Assembly (NCBI GenBank): GCA_013265495.1
Contig: MU058423.1
Coordinates: 7,053,449-7,117,448 of the forward strand
DNA from: Vicugna vicugna
Lineage: Eukaryota
DNA: 64,000 bases
Reading direction: 5' to 3'
This document shows, piece by piece, positions 14,273 to 27,678 of this stretch. A program made the translations under genes and the position numbers. The first letter of the stretch is position 1. Each line of letters begins with the position of its first letter. The notes beneath the pieces are model-generated. The model worked only from the letters and a program-made list of their open reading frames with translations, had not been told where the DNA came from and ran no database searches.

Positions 14273-14401
14273 GGGGACATCCAGCAGTTGCTGATCACGG
14301 GGGACCCCAAAGCAGCGTATGACTACTGCGAGCATTACAGCCCGGACTGCGACAACTCCGCGCCCAGGGCCGCTCAGGCCCAGGAACCGCAGGTGGATGA
14401 G
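14273..14401 (+). CDS. COL11A1: COL11A1 exon 5 (end of TSPN/N-propeptide; includes the AQA|QEP BMP-1 processing region)
   Basis: ggcag|GGG...GAG|gtgagg; 129 nt; [43 protein letters not shown]. Confidence 0.97.
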
Positions 14402-17400
14402 GTGAGGACCGGAAGTTCAGGCAGGTTTTCTCATTTCAATGCGAAGCACGTGGGCTTGCGGTTTTGAAGCTTATCTTTATTTATTAACTTTTAAACTCTA
14501 CTTTGTATTTAATAGTTTTTTAATATTTCTAAGATGAGGTGATCTGAAGAAGATTTGGTTTTTTTTTTTAACCTCTTGTTTAAGTATTTTGTTACTTAAT
14601 TTCTTAAAAATAGAGATACCTCACTTATATACTGTGTATCAGAGCATATTTTATTTTTGGGGAGATGAGAAAAAAAGACAATTTCAAAAATATATATTTC
14701 TGTCGTTAGCATTTCAATAATTAAAACAGCCTCAAGACAGGGATAACTGTCTTCTGGTGTACCTGTCACATCCCAAGACCTTTGGCAACTCATGCAGATG
14801 AGAAAGGAGCGTTAGTAGTATCTTAAAGTTTGCAGGCTGCGTTGAATATTTAGAGGGAATTTGTTTCTATTTTTTTAATAAGGCTATGCTACATTGAGAT
14901 GTATATTTTCTTTTTCTTGCACAAAATGTGATACAATGAAGTGAAATGAAATGAAAAGCAGTATGAACTGTTTGTGGTAACTAAAACTGTTTTATGCACT
15001 TTGATTAATATTATGTTACTTAATTTGAAATTTAGGTGTGAAACCATTCTTCCAGGCTATTTTTGCAGGAAAATTCGCCATCATGAAATTTGACTCTATT
15101 GTCTCTCTGACCAAAAATACATCTAAGTTAACATAGCCTTAGCAATTTTGTCAGACTTGACTACACCAAAGAACAAAAAGAATATAGTACGGTGTACCTT
15201 TTATGCAGATCTTTAGGTAAAATTCTTTAATATGGATTTTCTGGAAATTAAAAAGCAAACACTGGAAGGAACTGAGTCTTTGGCTGGCAGCAAAACTATA
15301 TTTTTATTTAGTTTCTCAAGAAGAAAAGTTTTAAAACATCCAGACTGTCCATATGTTTCCAAATAACTCAAATAGCCTTCTTCTTGACTCATAATATATT
15401 AGGTGCCATCTTTTGAGTTTCACTATTTAGAATAGGTTTAGATCTTAACTTTTAATTTTAATTTACTGCTATTTCTGCATGTGAATTCAATTTGGATTTT
15501 ACCTTTTAAGTGCTTGAAATATAATTTTTGACATCACTTTTCTTTTTCAGGTATAATAGTGAATTCTGTTCATTGATCTTTTCCATGACCTAATATTAAT
15601 TTTTTTAAACATGATAAAGCCTTAAGTAGCTTGTAGGAAGGCATATCTGAGAGAAAAAACAGAAATTACTTGGATATTTATGTTTGCTTGTTTCACAGTT
15701 CTCAAGTGCTTCCGTCTTTTTATTTCTTCATGATTTATTAAAACAGTCTGTGAATTTCAAGAGGATAGATAAACTACTGATCAGGTTTAGTGTTTTTATA
15801 TCTTAGAGATTTTGTGATGATTCAATTAAAATCGATAACATTTAGTATACACGTTCAAGTCTGATGAAATGTATTTTGCTCTTGTTTTAAGAAAGACAAG
15901 TCTTGTTCTTTTTAGCAACAGATATGGCTCTGATTTGGGGAAGAATGAAGGTATGCTTTCTTATTATATCACCTTGGGATGTTTTATTCCCATGTTTTAA
16001 TGCTATTATGTCAGGTAAGCTGAGTTATTATAAAGCAAAATAGTATTTTTAAACCATTTTTATCTTAAATTCATTTACAAGTAAACTTTCCCTTTTTGAT
16101 TTTAGTTGTTGATTCATAAATTTAACATTCTGCTGCTAAAACTTGTTTCTACTAGAAGCATTTGATGAGGAAAACAGCACGCTGTTATAGTAAACACTGC
16201 CTGAAAATCTGTTCGGGTGATGCGATAATAGTTTTATTATAGTTTCTGTATTGAATGTGTCACAGTGAAAAATTTTTTGAAGAAGCAGCTCTCACTTTTT
16301 CTCCAATTCTAAATTATACTGATACTTCAATCCTAAGATAACCATTCTACACTAGTTAAAAAAAAACCTGGTTAACACAGTTAGTAAGCTGTCCTTGTAT
16401 TACTTTTGAACTATAGCCATTAAAATGTCGTTGTATTACAAAAATACATTTTAATAATTGTTCTGCCTTTACAAAATTGGAATGCAATGTTACCAGTGAA
16501 TAATGAACATAAAGTACAATACAGAGCATCAAACATACCTGTTGTACTTTATATTGCTTAATTTTCTGTTAATAAACTTCTGATAATTGCATATTTGTTA
16601 TTCTAATTTGGATTAACAAAATATGTTAATTGCTTTTATAAATTAACTCAAATGTACTTTCTTCAACCTGTGATTTTTTTGTGTGTAGTTCATATCCTCT
16701 AAATAACATTTTAATTTATTCTTCTGGTTCAGTTTTTTATGTGTTTGGCACAACATTGCATAATCATCATACAGTGAAATATATAATGAAGATAGACTTA
16801 AATTATAGCAATAATATCAAACTATAATTTGACTTGTACCTACACGATACGATTTATGTGACAGAGTAACTAATATTAAAATTATGGTGGTTTTGGGATT
16901 TTCTCATCAAGTTAAGTTATCCTCCTATCTGATCAGAAACTAGATGTTAAATCTACATATGATTCTTTCTTAATGTATTACACAGACTATAATGCCCTAT
17001 ATATAGTAGGCAATGGACCTTTTTTTTTTTTAAATAAAGGATGGAAAAGGAGAAAGAAGCCAAGGAAAAACAATATTTATAAAGAAATTTATTACCTTAA
17101 TCTTGTTGCACTCAGTATTTTTTATATATTCTGGTTCTCATAAATGAACAGGTATTTATTGATTCTACTATTTTCCTAACAAACCGAGTAAGACCAGACT
17201 TCATGACATTCTAGAAGAAGGCCCCTCCTCCTCACACACTATAATTCATGTCGGCAACTCACAGATTGTAGTGGGAATCGTTCCATCCCTGCACGTCTTT
17301 TTTGCATATAATAATCTGATTGACTACAACCAGTTCTCTCTTTTTGACCTGTCTTGGAGTCACCCCCAAATTCCATACTAAGAAGGGAGAATCATCTCTA

Positions 17401-19348
17401 AAAACAGTTTGTAAGGCTTCACGTAGACCAGCACGGCCCTCAGTACACCAATACCCACCAAAAGTAGGGTGTTGTTTAGATAAAGAAATGAGGAGAACAG
17501 AAACAGTGATTCTTTTCACTGACTCCTGAGTGGCTCTAAGAAAAAGATGTGCTTTAGTACCTAAGGAGGTGAGCATGTTATGCCTTCATCATTCCACAAG
17601 CGCACCTAGTCTGCTTGATCTCCATTTGAAAAACGTTTAAATCGAGGAGAGAATTATGGAGGTTAGAAGAGGTTTCCTTCTATAAGGAAAAACATGATAC
17701 AAATTTAGTAAAGGTAGTTGGCTGCTTTTGTTGTGGTTTTACTTCAGAGTAGCAGCTAGTATTTATACAAGTCCAATATTTCTTATTCCAACATGGGTGG
17801 CCATAACCACAGAAATAGTATTCATTAGGCAATATTCAATTTCCATAAGTATGTTTTAATATGTATATAAATTCCATATTTAGTTGTTTTATTTACTTAA
17901 TGATGCTATTCGTTAATACTTGTATTAACTTTCCTAGAAATAATTGGCATTATATCTTGCTTGTAGAGGCATGAAGAAACAAAAATGCTGGAAGTGTTAT
18001 ATAAATGCATTCTTCTATTTTACCAAATTCTACTCAAATTCTAATTAGAACGAAGCTTTGTTAAAGCCCTTCAAATGTATATTCAATGATAATAAGACTA
18101 TTACTGGATAGATAAAATTATGAACCTGTTTCAGTTAATTCAACCAGGTTGAACTTTTGACAATCATAAAGAACACTAAAGGCATGTGCATATATTTCAA
18201 TATGAAATTCAGCTGAACCATCTAGAAAAGTTTGCTCTAGTGAAGGTATTTCATTAAGGGCCAGGTGTACAATATTGCCAGGGGATCAGTTTGGGACATG
18301 TCTCATTACATGTCTCTGTGAAATTTATGCTCAGTTGCATTGCTTTATCTAAAAGAACTTATTAGAAGGCACAGTGATCACAATTCCCTAAAAGACGTGA
18401 TAAAGAGTTATTTTTCTGGCAGATTAAAAGGAATTTTCTGGCAATTTGAATTGCCAAGGGAGGCCTCGTTGGGATATAATTGGAATTTTACCAAATATAA
18501 TACTTAGGGAATTGCAAATAGGTTGCTTTTAGCGTATACGTACATATATGTATATATAACATTATATATTAATAAATATAAATAATAAGATATCTGTGTT
18601 TTGCTCTTTTTTTGATAGAAAAAAAGCTGTATTTTTAAAAATTGAAATAATGTATTAATTATAAACAGATCTAATTTTGAATCTTTTAATGCTTCACAAG
18701 TATTCTGTACTTACTTTGATCTTAAGTAAGTCTATAGCAAATTCATTATTTCTGAATAAATTTTAGATTGTAGTTTTCCACTGGTTCCAGTATTCCAAAT
18801 AGAATGTAGACTTACCTCGTATTCCTTCTGTTTCCCTTCCTTCTTCCTTTTCCATCTCACAACAGATGAAAATTCTTTCCTACTTGGGAAGACTATTCTC
18901 CCTAGTTTTGTTTTTAATATGTAGTTTAATGGAAAAAAAAAACCAATTGAAATTGCTGTAAAATTTTTATAAAGGAGGCTAGTGTAGCAATTTTTACAAA
19001 TCAGAATTAACATGAATATTTAAAAACTATGTCCAAAGTATGTAATTGCTATGTTTGAATTAATATTCGACAATTAAAAATTTGAATTAATATTCTAAAC
19101 TTTTAGTTTCCTCACACTCCTAACCACTGGGCTGCTCTTAGAAAACCTGCTTTGTCACTATGTTATTATACTCTGTGTAAGACAGTATAATACTTCTTGT
19201 AATACAAAGTAACATTGGAATAACAGTATTCCCGTGTCTCTTAACTATTACTCTTGGTAGTAAAAGTTAAGAACGATGATTTCCACTTTGTTAATCGTAT
19301 TACTTGCAGCTAACAAGATTGCCTGATATTTTTCCCTTTGCGATGTAG

Positions 19349-19477
<129 letters not shown>

Positions 19478-19729
19478 TAGCACCCTTGTGCACGGTGTCC
19501 TGCTGTTTGCCATCCTTGGTTCCTTATGTCCTCTCTTCCTCAAACTTACCATAAACCTTTCATTCATCTGATTTCTGTGACCTGATAACTGTGATTTTTA
19601 TTTGGCAGTAGCGGTCCTGAGAGAATGGCGCTCGTTTTGCTCTGCTTATCCTTTCTTTCATCCATGCTCTTTATTTCTCTTTTCACTTTATTTATGTTTT
19701 TCCATCCCATCTTTCACCACATTTTACAG

Positions 19730-19882
19730 AAAAAGAAATTCAATTCCAAAACGAAGATGAAGACAATGGCCACTAACTCAAAGGAAAAGTTCAAAAAGTT
19801 TACACCCCCTAAATCTGAAAAATTTGCATCCAAGAAGAAGAAAAGTTATCAAGCAGCGGCAAAAGCCAAGCTAGGGGTAAAG
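19730..19882 (+). CDS. COL11A1: COL11A1 exon 6B (alternative, Lys-rich basic variable region)
   Basis: tacag|AAA...AAG|gtagcg; 153 nt; KKKFNSKTKMKTMATNSKEKFKKFTPPKSEKFASKKKKSYQAAAKAKLGVK. Confidence 0.93.
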
Positions 19883-20072
19883 GTAGCGAAGAAAAAGCAA
19901 TCAAGATCTCTCCTAGATAAGCTGGAAGATCTCTGATGATGAGTCATTGTCCCAACCCAACTAGATAAATTATCATTTGGCTAATACGATACCCCAGTTA
20001 AATCATGATTTCCAGAGGTTTGGGATTACCTTACATTTTTACTAACTGCTCTTCTTTTGAATTTACCGTTAG

Positions 20073-20165
20073 GCGAATATTGTTGATGATTTTCAAGAAT
20101 ACAATTATGGAACAGTGGAAAGTTACCAGACAGAAGCTCCTAGGCGTGTATCTGGACCAAATGAG
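20073..20165 (+). CDS. COL11A1: COL11A1 exon 7
   Basis: ttag|GCG...GAG|gtaatg; 93 nt; [31 protein letters not shown]. Confidence 0.96.
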
Positions 20166-22104
20166 GTAATGCTCATAGACAGCATTAAATCGGTGACCAA
20201 ATTTTTAAAATGTGTAATATTTCTCATATATATTACTCTGGAAGAATCTATAACCTGTGAAAAGTTTGTTGTTTTTATTCTTTTACTGAGGTAAGAGAAA
20301 CAAGAGCATTGACTCACTATTATTAAAAACAATGACTTAAAATTAATGTCAATTCAGGTTTTGCGTGACCCTTTGCTTCATGCAAATGCTAAACTGATCA
20401 AACTGAATTGACTGCTGTCATTTTCTTGATTGCTCTTTGGACTGAGCAGGCTTCTCAGCATGTTGTGATGAAGGGTCTTCACAACATGATCCTTCTCTGA
20501 GGAGGAGAATCCTCTAAAGTGAAAATTGTATCATCAAATGATACAGTTAGAATTCACTCCATCTGACCAATAATCATGCATTTTTATGACACAAACATTT
20601 TGAGAAAATACAGTCTTATTGGATTTTAATGGCTATTTACATTTTCAACCTTAATTATGGTTATAATAATATATCTTAACCTCGTCCAGTCCTTTTAATG
20701 AAATTGTTAAAGTACATACACGTACAAATAGAATAGTCTTCCTGAATTTCGTATTATGCATACATTCTGATCATGAAGAAAATAAGTATACAATACAGTT
20801 TAACTTTGTTAAATTCCCGTCACACCTAGTATTAGGAATACCTGAGTCATTTACTTATTAGAAAATTTATATAATATGTGTCTCAATGAGGCAAATAAAC
20901 TCAGTGGGACTTTGCATGCAAATGCATCATTTAGAATAACAACATTTTAGGATAAGAACAAGTTTTGTTTCATCTAGTCCAAATTAGTTATTTTCCAAAA
21001 ATGGATACCTTGATTCAAGATGTTTATTTATCTACTCTAATTCTTACAGCTGTTTAGTTCAAAGCTATGAACATAGTAATATTCTGATTCTGGATAATAT
21101 GCACTCCTTATAGATAAGATATCTTCATTGTCTAAGAATACAAATATATTATGGTTATTGGACATTTTATTTCAGTTAATAATTGCTCAATTAATCATTT
21201 AACCACATTTTTCATTCACATAATTTTATGAAATACTTATTTACAATATTATTCTATCATCTGGATTTACTATGTCATAGCAAACAAGTTATTTAAAAAT
21301 AAAATTCAAAAAGTAGCAAGATAAATTATTTAATTTGAACCTCATCAAAATCATAATATGGCCAAAAATTCATAAATATTATTCAGATTCATGTTATTAA
21401 TGAGGAATTATTAATGAAAAAATATACTTGGTTTATTTTTCTATATCTCTGAGATAGTATTTTTGATATAATTTTTACCTTTGAGTAAATATTTTCTACT
21501 CTTTATGAGACTGTACAGCAATCTGTTCTATTGTCTTAAATTCTGAGAACTATAATTTGTATTTTATTTGCTTTAAAGAACTCTTTGGTAATATAATAGT
21601 TCCCTACATACTAGATACTCTACATAAATATTGTAATGATAAACCTAAATATTGGCATTATTATATATTTTTTTGGATTAGTTGAACTTACATGGCTTTT
21701 CTGGTAGCAATTGTATTCCATTATGTTCTGTGAGATTTGAAAATTAAACGAGCTTTAAACTTATATAACTTTATCACTCATATCTTAAATTATAAAGTAA
21801 ATATCAAATTTCATAGCAAGCTTTTTTCCAACAAACAAGCAAATACACATGTTGAATCTATGTGAATATTTGCAGTTTATTGGAAAAAGTGGTTTGAAAG
21901 CAATATTTCCTTGTGCATACCAGAGTACAGAAATATTTCTTTCAATGAAACTGAAAAGCCATCCTTTCCCAGCTTTCAGACTTGCTTGAGTAGCATTCAT
22001 ACCATTTCCTGTCACATTCCATCAAGTTGAAATTGCAAACACTTACCTTGCTTTACTAACAGTAAACTTCATGTTCTCCAATTCCTTGCACCTTAAATTA
22101 ATAG

Positions 22105-22443
<339 letters not shown>

Positions 22444-23055
22444 TAAAATATAGTTGTGTTCTTATATAAATTATGAATATTCTTCGCTACTAGGGCACCT
22501 TCATAGATTCTTCCTCCAGGGCATCTTCAGCATTTGTATCTCAGGCCACACCACTGGAGTCTTAATTTGAAAGAATAATCCTTAATAGTGTTGTATCCAA
22601 ATTTCCTTGTCATTGATAAGATTAAAATTTAGTCATTGTTATTCTGGGTACTGAGACTGTTTTCTGATTTTTAGACTATTTTATTTATTTTTATTTTCTG
22701 GTCATGCTCAGTAATGCACTGTATTAATTACTATATCATCATTCTTATTACTGTTATTTTACCTGTTGACCCCCTTCACCCATTTCTTCCCCCCGCCTCT
22801 AATTTATTAAATTTAATTTGAAGACATTTTTTGCTTAATGCTTTGGGATAATAAGTGAGGCCTACAGATGTCTTTATCTTTCTGTAATACGTCTTTAAGA
22901 AGCAATTGTTCAATCTCATTCAAGATTTAGTATTAATGTTCATTATGCTTTCCTTTGTATATTTTCAGTATTTAAGCCTTTAATAAGTTTCTATTTTAAA
23001 AAGCACATTTTAATAGGTTGTTTTAAATGCACTTAGTTGAATATATTACCTTTAA

Positions 23056-23286
<231 letters not shown>

Positions 23287-24646
23287 TGAAAATTCTAACA
23301 TTCAATTGTTTATAATTAGTAAGTAAAATCACAAATAAGTAAGTTGATAAGGCCATTTCTGGCCAGTAGAATTTCAACAAACCAAAAAATGTAGAGAGAA
23401 AGAATTTTGAAATTTGAAAGTAGCTGAAAATGTTTTAGTCTAATTCTTTCATTTTACAACTAAGGAACCTAAGATCTAAAGGGTTTAAGTAACTTTTGTG
23501 AGGTTCAAATGTTTGGTGGTTGAGACATGACCAGACTTTAGCTCTTCTACTTTCCAATCCAGTGATTTTCCCTCTAACTGCTATGATTTGACATTATTAG
23601 AAATATATTATCTGACATGGTACTTATTTGTTTCATATCCAAATAATATTGTGTAATAATATGAGTATGTTCTTTTTAAAATTCACTTTCTTTTCTTCTG
23701 TTGGTGTAAATCTCCCATTTGTTCCAAAAGTGATTTTTTAAATTTTTATTAATGTTATCACTACTCAAGATATAGATGAGAAGCAAATTCTTAGTAGAAA
23801 TCAATTTTACTATTGTTTTCCATAATCAGCAGCTTGGGAAAAATATTGCATAGAACTAAAGAAGTATGTTTAACTGTTTGCCTCAAGGTCATGAAAATCA
23901 TTTCAGAAACTTCAAAGATACAAGAATTTTTTAAACGGAGGGGAAGATAAAGATTAAAAAGATACATCTATAAGGACATTTGTTTACTGTATTACTTCAT
24001 AATCTGAGAAAGCATGCCAAATAAAAAATACATTTTTCAAAATTAATTTGCCCTTGTTATGAAAATTTAAAACCAAATTTTTAAATGACAGAACAATTTT
24101 CAGCAGTGGAAACATAAACTTTCCAGAATTGGGTTCTTATCCTGAAGTAGTATTCTATTCTCTTATCTGTTTAAGAACTTATCTCATATTTATGCCCGGT
24201 TCTGTAACCTGGGCTGTCCCTCCTTTTCCTGAATTAAGGTACTCAGGTGTCACTTACTTCCATTCTTCCATTCACACAGCAAGTATTTACTAAGTTCTTG
24301 CTTTGTGCCAGTCATTATTCTGGGTGCTAGAGAAAACTTGGTTAAATGTCTCTGCTTTGCCCTTTGGGGGAGCACTTGGCATATTCTCCTTGTCATATTA
24401 CTTATCTGAATAGTTACTTCCTGGCTAACTAGTTCACAGATTTTCTGAGGACAGGGATTAATACCTTCTATCATTTTGAATTTCCTCTCTTCCCTATGCA
24501 AAAATATTTGTAATTTGGTTTATAGGTAGGAACAGAGCATTCACCTTTTAAAATGCAATGATGTGATGCTTTCTGAGTGTCACTGAGACAAGAGGTTAGG
24601 GGTTACCTTTCCCTAGCAATGACTCTCTGTCTTTTTTAAACTATAG

Positions 24647-24688
24647 GGCATGCTTATTGAAGGACCACCAGGGCCAGCAGGACCTGCG
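24647..24688 (+). CDS. COL11A1: COL11A1 exon 10
   Basis: atag|GGC...GCG|gtatgt; 42 nt; GMLIEGPPGPAGPA. Confidence 0.96.
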
Positions 24689-25647
24689 GTATGTAAATAT
24701 TTTAAGATTATTTTTGTCTTGATTTTTTTTTTATAATCAGATATAAGGTTTCTATTACATTATTAAATTTATAGATTTTAGACTAATTGAGTATTGAACT
24801 ATAGAGGCTAATACTTGTTTAGAGGACCTGGTGGTCCTGAAACACTTTCTGATTTGGCTATCCAAATGAAATTCTTTTGAGAGCTGTTAAATTAAATTTT
24901 GTTTTCAGTATTTTTGTTGCTTAAGTATCCCTGACTCTTCTAACCTCATCTGCAACTTTGTACCTGAGAGCTAGACGAATTTTTAAAAAGCCATCCTTAT
25001 TTTTTTGGATGTATAGATATATCTCAATGTATGAAGTTGAGAATTCTAAGTAGACTATAACTGCCTTATGTCACCTCCTGAATGGAGTGATTATCAGCTT
25101 CCATTGTCGTTTCCTAGAAAAGCTGATGTTACTCTCAGTGTCTTTGTTCTCAGATAGTTGTACTGATCTGGCTTTGAAAGAAATCCTGTCTTTTGTGGAA
25201 TTAATTAAATTCTTGTTATCTGAAACAAACATGTTATGCTGGTGCCTTTAAATACTTTTCCCCATAGAGAAATGTAATGATTTCTACATTTCAACTCTGC
25301 AATCACATTTTTGTGGTGTAATTGAATGAGCATATCATTTCTTCAGTAAGAACTGGGAACCAGCTTTCACCCCAGGGACTGTACGCTGGCATGTTCTGCT
25401 TTCCTGTTCTTCCTTGGAATGTCTGCCTCCATCCCGAGAGCAGCTTCGCAGAGGAGGAGTGGAGCTAGCTTCAGAGTAGTCCCTATATGTTGTCTTTTTA
25501 TTGGGAGATAAATAGGGCAATTGTTTGAGAGAAAAGTGTTTATTTATGAAATATAAATGAGTTCATCTTTGATTTTACTAGGATGAATTTTCCTGAATGC
25601 TAATGAAATCAGGATTCTGACTCAAATCATGGTTTATTTCTCTGTAG

Positions 25648-25749
<102 letters not shown>

Positions 25750-26360
25750 TGAAAAGAATTAAACTATATTCTGCAAGTTTAACATATTATCCTTCTCACT
25801 TGGATAACACATGAATTCAGTGTTGTGCAAAATTTTAACTTTTCTAAGTATAATTTAAAAAGTGAGTGTAAAGAATGTGCGTTAGTAAGAAAACTTTTAT
25901 TTCTAATCAATTCCATTTTGATATAAACCTGATACATTAGATTCAATTCTTCAGTTTGAATTCAGACAAATTTTCCAGGAACTCCCATGGGTATTTAGTT
26001 GGATGCTGGTAGAATGAGTTAATAAGCCTGCATCCCAATATGAAGATCAAGTCGTGGGTCACATGGTGAAATAGACCATTTGTGTTGTCTTTCAAAAACT
26101 CTTCTTATAAAATCCCATTCTCTCTTTCTCCTCCTTCCTTGAGTAGCCAATAACTTTGTGCATTATTTGAATTATGTAAAACTAGTGCCATGAAATATAG
26201 TCCTCCCTAGGTATACTTACTCAAAAGAGATTAACCAAGAAGTAGAAGACAAATACGAAGTAGATAATGTAAACTTCTGTTATTAAAAGTTATTCTGTTT
26301 CTAATTAATTTAATTCCTTTTGTTTACTTATTAATTTGATGATTTCATTTACTTCCCTAG

Positions 26361-26435
26361 GGTCCCCCAGGACGTCCTGGTTTACCAGGGGCTGACGGAC
26401 TACCTGGCCCTCCTGGTACCATGTTAATGTTACCG
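26361..26435 (+). CDS. COL11A1: COL11A1 exon 12 (end of minor helix)
   Basis: ctag|GGT...CCG|gtatgg; 75 nt; GPPGRPGLPGADGLPGPPGTMLMLP. Confidence 0.96.
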
Positions 26436-27502
26436 GTATGGTTTATTTAAATTGCTATAAAGATGAGTTGGTATTTTGTCATCTTATTGTTGAAAAATAT
26501 TGTTGAACCATATTACAGATCAATCATAAAACCATGGTATGAGGTAGAGATACTTGAAGTCAAGCATAATTCAGAAATTATGGTACATTTTACTGAATTT
26601 TATTGAAACAAAATTCTGGTAAATATTAATCTCTGCAGTAGAACTAAGCCTTCAATATTTCATTATATTTTTGATGACAAATCTTTAAAGATTTTCTTAA
26701 TATTTTAAATTATGTGCTTTAATCATAGTCATATGATTATATACATTTCATGTATTATTTAACGTAAAATATCTATAGTATTCACTACTATGTAGACAAT
26801 AGTTGATACTTTTTAAATAACATATCTATAGCATCATTATTCATTGCACAAAAATTATTTGTTTTACCTTAAGATTGCTTTTTAAAGTTGTCCAAGATCT
26901 TTGGGGAGAAACTGAGTTTATCTATTTAAATGTAATGAAATTTCAAGTAATAATAATATAGAGTGAGAAATTTACTCATGCTGCATTATGAGTTAAAATT
27001 AAAAAGTTTTAGAATTTTATGGAAGGGAACATTAAGGATCAGTTTCCTAGAATAATTACCTAAGAAAAGGTAAACAAAATGAATCTATCTCAAGGAAGAT
27101 TTCCTCTGTGTTCATAGAGATTCCAAAAATTTTGCTCAACAAAATAGCAGTTGGCCTGTAACCACTACTAAACTTAGTACATTTAGAATTTTTACAAATG
27201 AGTGAATAGAATGGGTATCATCTGTGCAGGTGGGAAAATGGATAATGGCTTATTCCAGAGTTTTCAAAAATTATGGAATTTGAAACTAGTCTCTTCAAGT
27301 GGTAAAGCATGGTCTAGAGAACATCCGTAATGGACAGAGAAAATTAAAAAAATGAAATCTAAGTGTCACGATGCATGATGAAGTTACCTTGGACTTTTGT
27401 AAAATTCTGCCATTTTAAGTAAGCAGTTTTTACTCTAGTAATTAAGGCACCTATTTGACCAAGTCTGATTTTGAGCTTCTGGATGTTACTATCTTTTCTT
27501 AG

Positions 27503-27613
<111 letters not shown>

Positions 27614-27636
27614 TAACCTGCTTCCGTGTCACACTA

Positions 27637-27641
<5 letters not shown>

Positions 27642-27677
<36 letters not shown>
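27642..27677 (+). repeat. (GT)18 microsatellite in intron 13
   Basis: Perfect dinucleotide run starting 55 nt into the intron. Confidence 0.95.

Positions 27678-27678
<1 letters not shown>

Noticed and set aside
18123..18153. AACCTGTT and the palindrome TTCAACCAGGTTGAA as a GRHL/dimeric TF site (also AACCGGTT near 46714)
   Set aside because: Short motifs expected by chance in 64 kb; no independent support
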